Assembly (NCBI GenBank): GCA_907165135.1
Contig: OU015567.1
Span: 7,192,001 to 7,256,000, forward strand
Reading direction: 5' to 3'
DNA: 64,000 nt
Source: Oikopleura dioica
Lineage: Eukaryota; Animalia; Chordata
Position numbers and translations under genes: made by a program. Below the pieces are notes generated by a model. The model did no database searches, was not told the DNA's origin, and saw only the letters and a list, made by a program, of their open reading frames with translations. How positions within the stretch are numbered: the stretch's first letter is position 1; the number at the start of each line of letters is the position of its first letter. Positions 47,940 through 59,800 of this stretch are shown here, piece after piece.

Positions 47940-48099
47940 ATTAACCGTCGTAAATCATCATAAATGTCCATTATAAACTTTATAACACTTTATAACTTCG
48001 CTAACAAATACAGAAACAAATGCGAATCAACCTAGCGTAAATCGTCGAAAATTGTCTAAAATCATATTTTCGTTCCATACTTCAGTTAAAGCTCTCTTA

Positions 48100-49162
48100 A
48101 GCTGCCTGCTAGGAAGAACTCAAGTGGAAGTACCGAGCGTGTCCGTCAATCATCAGCCGAGTCCTCGACCCCTACTGTAGTTGAAAACGGAGATCAAGGA
48201 GAGCCAAAAGATCTAGGTAATGCTTCCCCAATCCTCATTTCCCTGACGATTACCAAATGACTAGACATGATGCATCTCCAGAAACCAGTCCACGCTGACG
48301 TCTTGCTGCGAATCGACTCGACAAATAGCGAGAGCTCAAGAACCTCAAATTCGAAAGCTGAAAAACCTGAGAGCAAACCTTCAGCAACCTCGCCTTCAAT
48401 CGAGATAACAGCAAATTCCGAGATCATCAATCAGTCTTCCCAGAATCCCCCTAAATCAGAAGAGTCAGATGGTAAGTCAATGAAACAGGGGGCGAGGTAT
48501 CTAACCATTTTTAGATTCATCCTCTTTAGAAATTCAGGCATTCTCGTTTGCCAAATATTTTAAAGATCAAGCATCAGAGGGTGATATTTTATAAAATGCA
48601 CGCTTTGATTTTTTCCACTCACTATTTTTAACACACGCTTTTCATTTACCGCCAATAAACCTGCCCTATCTTCAAAGAAACAGTTATTGAAAATCAACGA
48701 AGCTTCAAGACTGAATGGTAGATTCAGTTTGTAATTTAGAATTCTTCGACTCGCCCAGATCATCACACTATGAGCATTTACGAAGGATGATGCCCTCGGC
48801 AGTGTCATCTGGAGCCGATATTTCAGCCAACGAAGGGTTCGACTATGACGCCGATGTAACTGAAACCAAACGACGTAAATCAAAGATTCAGCTTGACAGG
48901 TAATCAGAGCACAAAAAGCCCAAAATGGAAAATGAGTGTATGTCGCTTCAGAATTCGACAACACGGAGAGAAGCAGAAAATCAGGGAAAAGTCCAACGAA
49001 GCAGACAACAAGAGCCAAGAGCAGGATAAGAACTCCTCCGAAAAATCATCTTCTAGTAAATCTTCGAAGAAACCAAACGCGCCTAGCTCAAGATCAAAAG
49101 CAGCGCAAAAGAAGCCGAATAAAAAGATCGCCAATAAGCCCCCTCGATCGAAGAGGAAGTGA
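48100..49162 (+). CDS. Ser/Lys-rich spliced coding region (separate gene or USO1 C-terminal extension)
   Basis: Several open exons with GT-AG introns ending ...KKIANKPPRSKRK*; no start codon confidently placed. Confidence 0.5.
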
Positions 49163-49558
49163 TACTTTCACACCTCACTATAGGGATGAAGGCAGTTTCA
49201 GTTTTTTAGTTAACTTATATAACTTTTATGTTTATTCAACTTTTAGTTTTACCTTCACTTTTCATCATTTCTGTATTCTGTATTAGAAAATATTTCTACT
49301 GTCTAAGTTCCGTTTTGTATCTATTTCAAAAATTATAATTACATCCGCCTATCAGTTTGTTCTTATCAACATCAATTCTTCTATTGACCTAATTTCAATT
49401 ATGATGATTTCATTTTTCCTTTCTTCTTCTTGTATATTTTCTCTAACTTATCTCATGGTACCGGACCGCATGTGTGCAATATGGAGTAAAATAACAGTTC
49501 CGAAAAACATTTCCTCTATTTCTTTTCATCCCTCTATTCAGGCAAGTTCGATTGGTAA

Positions 49559-50756
49559 ATGTCGGAGAGAAAAAGATCTTGGGATGGACTCGACGATGAG
49601 CTTTTAGAGCCTAAAAAGGTATAGAACTTTCTTTTGAATTCATTTTAATATCTTTTGAAGGGAAAATTAGACAACGAGGAAGAGCATGACGAGGACGCTC
49701 TGTTGCTAAATGAAGATCTCGATGATGATCTTCTCAAAGACTCGGACGCGGAGCTAGAAAATGAGCTGAATGGAGCGGATAATCTTTCCGACAGTGAGCT
49801 AGGTAAAAATAATATCAGAGTAACACCGGTAAATACTTTTTTCAATTTAGACCTCGAAGACAAGGAAGAGAACAAAGAAGAAACAGTCGAGAAAGAGGAA
49901 AAAGCTCAAAGCAGCAAAACTGAAAGCCCCAAGAATACAGAACCAAAAGATGAGCTCGCGGTTGATCTCGAAGAAGAAGAGCTCGACTACGATGACGAAT
50001 TGTCCGACGATGGGTCTGCAAAGGTTCGAGAGTCCAAATTCAAAAGCGAACGGAAAGATGAAAGCGAGCCTATTCGAACAAAAAGGTATTTCCTGAGCAT
50101 TTTTTATGCCCTAGCCCCTCTTTTCTAGCCCTAAAGACATCCCTGATAAACTGGAAGTATCAAAAGAAGTGCAGGAAAGGATAGAAAAGGCAGACAACGA
50201 GAACAGAAACCGCCGAAATAATCGCAAGCGCGACAACGAGCGTCACAACAACTCAAGTCGTACAAATCCGCCACTGCCGAAAAACGCTCCGCCGGTGATT
50301 CGTTACGGCGTGCCACCTCCCAACATGGGTCACATGCCTCCGGGCCCGCCGATGAATATGCCTGGCGGGCATATCCCACCTATGCCGTTTCCGCCAGCTT
50401 CAGCCATGGTAAGAAAGCCGGCATTCTTCATTGTGAAGCACTGAGTTAATCGATCTTTTAGCAGCAGCAAAATAATATGAGAAAGATCCACGTAAATCCA
50501 CGATTTCGCAACGCAAGTCAAGCCCGAGCAACTCCCATGGTAAGCAACGCCTTCCAGAGAGAGTCCTTGATCTGTTTTGTCTTAGCCCCCTCGTCCAGTC
50601 TACAACCCTGTCCAGCCGCCGTATGGGATGCCGCCAGGGTTAGGAGCACCACCAATGATGGGTGGTCGTCCCCCTTTTCCTCCAGGACCACCCCCAAACA
50701 TGGGGATGGGTATGAATTTGCCCCCACCTATGATGCCTCCCCGGCCGTACAAATAA
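49559..50756 (+). CDS. RBM33: RBM33-like protein (acidic N-terminus, Pro-rich tail)
   Basis: Acidic region, then ESKFKSER, KDIPDKLEVSKE and KIHVNPRF, resembling the RBM33 RFKTER / NIPETLELS / IHINPHF motifs; ends in a Pro/Met-rich tail with no RRM. Confidence 0.6.
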
Positions 50757-52373
50757 TTGATAAAATTGTAGAATTTTACAAACAAGACATTTTAAGATTT
50801 ATGAAAATCTCTTTACTTTATTGCCTAAAATTGTAAATAATAATACTTGAAGAAAAAATATTTTCTATTACAATTTCTCCTTTATTAGTTCAAAAATGAA
50901 AGAAATATCTCCAAATCTCATCTTTATCTCAAGAATTTCTGCTTTAAAATCTTTAAAGTTTGCTAATATTAATATTATTATTACTGTATTTCTGTCATTA
51001 CCCAAGGTTGTTGCTTTCTGATATATCAAAATAATCTTTTTTAACAAAAAATCTGAACTTTAACCTTCTGACTGTATTTTTCAACCAACAAGTCAACTTG
51101 GTGATCCCATAAAAAAGAATTTACCCGTTTCTGTTTCTTTAGTTTCTTGATCTACCAAACCAATTGTTTAATGAAAACAAATGTAACAAATCGACAATTC
51201 ATTCTGCAATGTGTTTCCCTTGATGATTCAATTTCCTGCTGTACGAGAGATAGTTCCAGTGTCGACGAAATTCACGATTTCAAGAAGACGAATTTCAACT
51301 CAAGAAGTTAAAATTTTTAATTATCCAATTACTGCCTCAACAATCCGAAAAATAAACAATAAGACTTTCGCAAAATCGTAAATCGTTGGTATTCTTTCAT
51401 AAATCGAACTGCAGTAACATTTAGTAGACGGCAAATTGACTCATTCCATGATCATCAAATTGTCTTCCCCAGGCGAGTGTCCTTTGCTCGCGGTCTTGTC
51501 CAGCGCTGGCAGGTTGAAGCTCCTCATTTTACGGTCTGTGGGTCTGACAATCGGGGCGAATTCTTAATAAAACTTGCGTTGAATAAATGAATGAATGCTG
51601 AAAGTCTAACCGATTACGGTACCAAGAGACATTCGCGCACACTTTGCGTTAGTTTGTGCCGCTTGACGAACTGTGACGAGAAATGATTGAAAATAAAGAT
51701 ATTTTATAATCAAGTAATTATTCTGCCGGTTTGTAGATTATAATAAAAGAGAAGAATCTGTCTCTCTTTCCTTCATAAACGGTCTTGAAACCAAGCGTGC
51801 CCACTCGTACGGAAATCGAATCAGTAAGATCTTTCATACGGAAATTTAAAAGTGCTCTTTTGCGGAAAATTATTTTTAACTTTCGAACTTTCCTATTGTA
51901 TATAAAGAAGAGCTTCTCTCATTGTTCATCTTTCGATAATCAAATAATCTAAAAAAGTAAAATTATTTTTAAAATCTTCGTAAAATTCTTTCGTTTTATG
52001 GCGTTGAGAGTGAACTGCCAGCTATATTGGCAATGAGCAGTGGCGCCGCCAAGTGACAATACTTGTATTTAAAATCCTATGACGGAATTCGACCAGATGT
52101 TCTTTCTTCAGTCAAGATCAAGAATTGCGAGAAAATATTTAAAGAGCCTCTCAATTCAAATTTTATTCAAGAAAAGTCGGCTCCGGGACAGTTAATTTTA
52201 TCTCAAGATTGACTTAAATTCTTCAAAAGTACTACTGAATCGGATACGGATGATTAAGCATTATTTTTAGGCGCTTGATCCCGTAAAACACTAATTGGAG
52301 GATCCTTTTTTTTTGTTTTCCTCTATTCTTCTACTAAAAAATGAGCAAAAATCTGAGAGTCTTCTCTTTTAAG

Positions 52374-55350
52374 ATGTCGGACGTAATCCCTGACGTGACA
52401 GGAATCTCGCCGAAGGAGGCGAAGCCTGGCACGAAGTTGACAATCCGTGGGAACAACTTTGGCAAGTCACCTTCCGATCTCGTGGCGGTTTACGTCTGTG
52501 GCAAGAATTGCTCATCCTCAGCGGAATGGCAAAGTGAAAGGAAGATTATCTGTCGCGTAGCTGCTGATTGCGAGGGTAATCTATTGAATTGAAATCAAGG
52601 AAGACACTATTTATCTAAGGGCGAGGAAGCGTTGTTGTTCACACAAAACGAGGTCCTGGAAAGTGTCAAATTCAATTCACAGCGCTCAAATCTACCCCGC
52701 TCGGTCCACTGGAGCAATCGGCTGTTTGGGTAGACGAGGCGCCCGGTGCAGGGGCTTTTTCAAGGTCAGAACGCGGCTCGATCCGCCCGACGTCGCAGGA
52801 TCCATTGGGGCTCAAGAAAATCGCAGACAAGCCACTTCAGACAGAGCACATTCGATTATTTCCCGGCCAAAGTCCTGATCCAGGAAACGAGCAATTTTCC
52901 CCAACATGGTTTCTGCTACATCATCACAAATCGACCAGTTTTAACGATTTGAAGAAAGGCTTGGTCAATTTGACACAGACAAGTCGAGGAGGGGTCGTTC
53001 CTCAACCTACTACCGCGCAATCCGCCTCAATGACGCACATAAAAGATTCATTACCGATCTTCTTCGAGGTTCACGAAGGAACGGATTCTCTTTTCCGAAA
53101 AAATAGACAGTAAAATTACTGAAATGATAATCTAAAAATAAGCACTCAACTCGATTCACGGGCAAATGGGCAAGCAATCTTCTGTACGAGGAGAACGACC
53201 GGATATGACGGACAATCTTTTAAGGCTATTGAAATCGGCAGAATCCAACTCCCAGAATCTATTCCAAGGTAATTCCAAACGTTTATAAATAGGGTTATAA
53301 TAAGCGACTTCAAGATGTTCTGACCCAAAAGGATAAGGCTGATAAAATCAGAAATACCCTGGCGGTTCTTCAGCGCTTCAAGGTACTTTTAGAACAAAAA
53401 TACAAGGCTTAAACAATTTCTAGCTTCTGTTCTTTCTTCCCGGTCGAGTAAACGAGCTAAAAGACGACATCTTGGACGTAGACAAGTTCTCGAAAGTCGT
53501 GTCTGATGTAGACAAAGTGCGTTCTCTTTTCCGCGATACAAAAGTTCCCGCTTTCCAGAAAGTGATGAAAGAATTACACAACTCCGTCTCCAGTTTACAG
53601 ACGCATCTACAGGAAAAGCTCTTCGAGTCGTCTGTTCAAAATCAGACTCAGATTGTCCGACAACTTATCGAACTCGGCGCGACGGGCGATCCGACCTGGG
53701 ATGCTTTACAAACCAGTTTGAGGGTAAAATCGACCTCTAATTTTAAATTTCTACATTTTCCATTTTCAGTCGATGCGTACGAAAAACTTTGCCTCGTTGG
53801 AAAAAGCACAAAAGTCGTGGAATAATGAAGCCACATCTATCCGACGCGAATGTATCTCCGCATTCGTTGAGGAAGTATTAACGTTATTCAAATCCGTCTT
53901 ACCGGATCTATGGAAGCTATGGAATCGATATTCCAATGGAACCTTAATCTCTAATGACGCCGTTCAATCTTCGAAACTGAAGCAGCTCGCTAGCACTCAT
54001 GCTAAAGAAGTCAAGCGACTCTTTTCCGATGAAATCCTCCACGGAGTTTCAATGATTCGCGCTGCGGTCCTTCACGAAACTCTACAGGCGAAAAACGCGA
54101 CGGAAGCTGCAGAAAGGCGAGAATACGGAATCTGGCCAGAAGCGTGCTGTAGTGCGGTGAATGCTGCGACGATGAATCGACTTCTTCAGATTTGCAGGGC
54201 GATCGATTACAAGGGCATCTACGGAAGCGATCATATAAAAGAGCTGTGCTTCGACTTCCGGGTTCAAACAATCCGATTGCTAATGGAAGAGTTGTTGGAG
54301 GAAATCAAGAGTCTGAAGCATCAAGAAGATTGGGAACTCCTGGCCGATGGGGGAACTAACCTTCCGAAACTCTTCGTCTCCGCGGTTGATGAATTCTGTC
54401 TCTTAGTCCGGGAGCCTGTGAAGAACTTCCCCAACGAAGAAGTGATCTTCGATCGAATTCAAGTGGAAACGGAGCTTCGTAGCCTGATAGCTTCTATACT
54501 TTGTCAGTTTCCTGTCACTCTCAGGTAATGTCAGAAGATAGATTCCCTCACTATCCGTATATAGCCAACTAGCGACGATGGAAGCACCGGCTAACCTCAA
54601 GAAAATGTGGCTATCCGGTGCAATGCGGCTTGTCACAGTCCTCTCGAATTCTATCCATTCTAGGATCACCAAAATGAATCATATAGAAGAATCCCTTACA
54701 AAGATCGGCTTCCCCGACGCTAGAAAGGTATCATTTTTCATACTGCATAAAGATAAAAGTAAGGAAATTATCCTATATTTAGGTCTGCATCACCGTTCAG
54801 CGAAAATTTGCAGAGCTGGACAATCGGCTGATCGAAGGATATCTCGAAACGCGACGAGATCCGATAGTGTGCGCGGTTGAACCTGGGATGTACGCGGGTA
54901 TGTTTGACTGGGGAGCGTGTCCCAGGCCGACACAAGTTCGTCCCTACGTGAAATTGTGTTTGATCGAAGTAGTAGCGGTTCATGCCGAGCTTCATTCGGT
55001 CTCGCAGAAGTTACTGGCTTCTGTTCTTCCCAAGGTATACCACTAACAAACAATCCAATCAACTCTTATCAACTAAGGTTATCGACGGTCTTGGTGACGA
55101 ATTCGTCCGGCTACTCGGATCAGTGTCCAAGTTTTCAGCACATGGAGGACTACAAGCCAGAATCGAAATTCGAGCTATTGAAGAATGCACCGCTCTTTAT
55201 AGCTCACCTCGGTCGAAAGAGCTCTTCGAAGAAGCCCTCAAGCTACTCCCTCCCGTCACTGGAAACGAAGAACGGCAGCTTGAAGAGCAAATCATGCAAA
55301 CGTTCAGAAAACAAATGCGTATTCAACTTATGCCTCTTCGCGATAACTAA
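52374..55350 (+). CDS. EXOC2: Exocyst complex component 2 (Sec5)
   Basis: PDVTGISPKEAKPGTKLTIRGNNFG IPT domain, F.PTWFLLHHH, EPGMYAG.FDW, C-terminal FRKQMRIQL. Confidence 0.93.
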
Positions 55351-55533
55351 ACTAGCTATTATTCACCCTATTCGTACTCTATTTCTTCCTCATTTAGTTC
55401 AGCTTATTCTTACCTTCATGCAATTTTCAATTAATTCTCAAGCCTTCTTTCTGTACTAAGATTCCTCGCATGTCATTCCTAAAGCTCTCGTTCTTCAATA
55501 AAAAGAGTTTTCAGTACAAAATAAATTCCGTGC

Positions 55534-56814
55534 ATGACAGGGCAACTGATTCGATTTCGGTTTCAAAGATGCTACTCAATAACTTGCCGCAGACTTGCGC
55601 CCGAGGACAGAAATGAAGGATCATCCGCAGGTTCAAAGATGGGACTTGGTGAAAAGAAGTTCAAAATCGATTGGACTGATAAAGAATACAGGCAAGAGTT
55701 ACTGACCTCGAGAGCTATTTTTAATCGCTCTTTAGACATTTTCACGCGCGATACAACGCAAATCCAGTAAATCGACCTTATTACAAGTCGAAAAAGCCGT
55801 TTGAAGTGTACGATGAAGCTCGAAAAGCTACAGTAGCTCCTCCTCCCGATGTCGATGGTACTGTTAATTCTGATGAAACAGCTGTTCGAGCGTCAGACGG
55901 TCCCGCGGAAACCAGAATTCAGCGGAAGATTCGAGAGCTAGAGGAAGCGGAGCGACTAAGATATTACCACGTTTCCGAGTATAAGGTAAAATTAGAATCG
56001 GAGAAATGATAATTTTATTTTGATTACGGCAATTTATATAATAATCCGGAAAATTCGAAATTGGATTGTATGATGAAAAAATTATACAACATATTTGTAA
56101 CGTAAAGACATACCTAAGTGTTCATAGAAACGTTTTGTCTGTCTTTTTCTTACCAAATGTTACTGGAATTTTAGTCATTGTTCAACTCGAAGAGTTGGAT
56201 CATATCGTCCTTTGATATCTTCGAGAACGTGCTTTTTCACGTGCTCTATCTTTGATTTTTCACCGTGATTTCTGGAGACGTCTTTTTAGGAAGTTGTCGT
56301 AAATCAAAGATACATATAAATTATGTATCTTATGAGAATTATTATCATCAAACATTTTAAGCCAAAATGGCACGAGTTCTACGGTCTGCTCTCCAATCTA
56401 GATGTCGATTACGAAAAAGAAGCTGCAAGACACCAAAAATGGCGTGCGCGTTTGGATTTTGCTCACAAGTTGGGTATTTTTGCTCTTTTCTTGATAACCT
56501 TTCTTGGTTTAGGTAAGTTCATACCCCCTCATACTCTCTATAAAGCGTTTTCAGTTGATTTTATTCTAATGGAAGTGGGCTCGCAGTTCATCCCTCGCGG
56601 AGAGCTGACGCAGCTCCAAGTTCTTGAAGAAAAACGAGCGCAATTACGAGCACAGCTATCAGATCGAAACTGGGTGATTGATTACGATAAGAAAGAGGCG
56701 AAATTGAAAGAGCTTAATAAAGAAATCCGCGAGTTAAAGAAAATTAATCAGGAAGTCGAAAGATTAATTGCTTCTGAAAGTGCGTCTGAAAGTTCATCTT
56801 CTGTTAATAAATAA
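55534..56814 (+). CDS. Putative mitochondrial single-TM coiled-coil protein
   Basis: Arg-rich presequence-like MTGQLIRFRFQRCYSITCRRLA; GC-AG intron 55692-55735; TM LGIFALFLITFLGL; C-terminal coiled coil. Confidence 0.6.
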
Positions 56815-56894
56815 ATAAAAGTTTTACCATTCTTCACTTATTTACCGTTAGTAAGAAAGTCTACCTATATTAGAGGTCGATAATTGAAATCGTG

Positions 56895-59800
56895 ATGGAC
56901 AGAAATGCCAAGCTAGCGGCAGCTCGAAGTAAACTAGCAAAGTTTCAAAAAGCAAAGGCATCAACAGTACCCGCCAAGCGACCCGAAAACGAGGCGATTT
57001 CAAGAGGCGGAATCGCAGATGAAAGTGGAGCTCCTTCGGTCAATGGAAATCATGAAGCGCCAGCCCCGTTTTCCATGAATAACTTCAGTCATTCTCAATC
57101 TCAACCATCTAATGGCAATAATTTATCCGCGCTAGAACAAGTTGAGCTTCATGCAACACGAGAGCAGCTCCAGGAGCAACAGAAACGAATCACAGAGCTT
57201 GAAGAAAGCCTCAAACGAGAACATGAGGAAAAAGAAAATAACGCCACCAATGCCGTTCAATCCATTCAGCAACTTCAACGGCTCCTGGAAGAGACGAAAA
57301 ATCAAAACGATCTTCTCCAGAAAACGCTAACAGACGAGCAGAGCAAATTTAACCAAATAAACTTCAACAAAGACACAGAAATATCAACTTTGAAGAGTGG
57401 TAAACTTCAAGCAGAACAACTTTCCCAGGTTTTTCTTCATCCTAGTTCTTCCTTGATTCCAACGAGTGTTTTTTAGCAACTGAACGACCAACTCAACCAG
57501 CTGCAACATCAAGTGGAGGTTTATCAGAGCCAAGTGAGCCAGAACAACTCTCAAAATGTCGCCAACCAGCATCAGTTATCTGGAAAAGTGCAGGAGCAAC
57601 AAATGACGATTGAAATTCTCGTTGAAGAAAAAGCAGAACTGAATGCCAGGTTCTTCTACAAGCGTTCGAGTGATTGTATCTATAATTCCCTTTAGAGTCC
57701 GGCAGTTAGAAGAACTTGAGATCTCGTTGAGAGCAAATCTCGAAGCTTCTCTTTCCAGCGATAAGAATAACTCGCAGAATATTCTTAACCTCCGGAACGG
57801 ATGAAAATTCTAAACATAGTAATTGTTGCTCAATATTCAATTCCGAACATGCTCGCTAATATCTGATCATTTCCACAATCGAAAGAGAATATCTATTTAT
57901 AATATTTTAATTGTGTCATTACATCCTCGCAAAAGACAGGAGAATAAACGACTCAACGAGTCCAACGAGCAGCTTTCAAGCCAAATTGACGAAAAAGATG
58001 CGACGATTAAAAAATTTCAGCAAACTTCTTCAAGGCTGAAATCTGAGGTCGACATCATTTCGCTCAAAGAAGAGGATAATAAACTGATGATCGAGCAGTT
58101 GGAAGCGCAGATCAAGGAGTTCCAACAAATTAACGCGACATTGACAGAAGAAAAGAACATGGCGGAAGCATCGCTAATGCAAATGTCTTCGGGATCCGAC
58201 GCTGTTCTTCTTGAGCGAAATCGGTTGATGGACATCGTCAACGAGTTGAAAGCGCGAGTTCAGCAGCAGCAATACCAACTAGAAGAAATTTCCTCTGAGC
58301 GAGACCAGTATCGACTTCAACAACACGCGACTACGGAAAAGAGTCAAGCAGCTATCAACGGCCTGGCCGAGCAATTGGACACTTCTGTGAAGGAGAATGA
58401 TACGCTGAAGGAAGAAATTGCCGTTCTTCGCGAGCAATGTAAGTTGATGCATAAAATATACTTGAAGTTATTGCAACGCAAAATAAGAAGCATGCTTCTC
58501 ATACCAGCAGGAAAGATAAATACGTATTAGCATTCAGTGGCAGTAACGATTGAATCCAACACTTTGCCTGTACAGGCTGTTTAGGTCTGGCAAAATAGTT
58601 TTGTCTGTAAATTCGAATGTCTGAAGTCTCAGCGCAAGTTTGATTTCCATTCGCAAGTCTACCGGCAAGACGAAAGCATATCTTTGGTCACTCATGTATA
58701 CACCGTATACAGTATACGAATCATGTGCCAGTAGCCATAATACCTTTGATAGAATTATCATCTATTAAATAAGATGTGTTCATTCATGAATAAACGATTA
58801 CATAAAAATATACGCGATTTTGTTCCTCGTTAAAAAGGTTTAGTTATCAGATCATTTCGTAACATCTATTTTGAACGGTGTGTGCGCCAGAATATTTTGG
58901 CGCCCTCTACACTGGTCTATTCTCCCGTCGACTATTTAAGTTTCTCCAAGGAAATTTTCAGTCATCATTAGTTTCACTATCTTAATAACGAAAAATGAAT
59001 ATCCTCAAACTGTTCGTTCTTGTCCTCTCCGTCGAAGGTCGTGGCTTGCGCAGAAATCGACGGGATCTGAGCTCGCAGAATAGAATGGCCAACAATATGT
59101 TTCTCCAAGAAGTTGCACTTCGAAACCCACAGAAACGAGACCAGCTATCATACTATCAAATGCTTCACAGCTATCTGAGCAAGCAGCAGCGTTCAAAACA
59201 CACTGTCGACTTTCTTAATCATGTTGAAGGTCAACTTGAGCGTTTATAGCTCGACTGTAACCTCTCTTCACTATCGTCGATTATTTATCGAAAATATAAA
59301 TAAAGATCATTTATATTTAACTTGTCATTTTTCCGTTGTCTTTCTTCATTTATAATTCATTCCAAAATCACTTATCGAAAGTGACTGCTAAGAAGTTTCG
59401 CTTCTTCGAGTGTCATTTACAAAACCAGACACTTCGAGAAATGAACCCTTTTATATACTTTTTACTCCTCATCGAATGTTCTTTCGCTCGAGGAAAAATG
59501 AGCAAACGAGATCATGCAGGAGTGAACAGACTTTCGAATAACATCTTTTACTCGTACAAAGCATTTTCTGATCCACATGAGGAAGCGCAGGATCTACTCC
59601 ATCAAATCTACGATCACATGAATGATTATCGCATGAAGAACCAGTTTGGCCTTTTCTTTCATTTTCAATAAATGTTTTAATAAAGCGCAAAATATTATAT
59701 TCCTTTCCAGGCTTTTCAACAAGCTCCAGGGTTAAATCTATCTTTTTCTCACAATATTTTTCAGCGGTTTCAAAAGCCGACGATTCCGAAATTGACGAGT

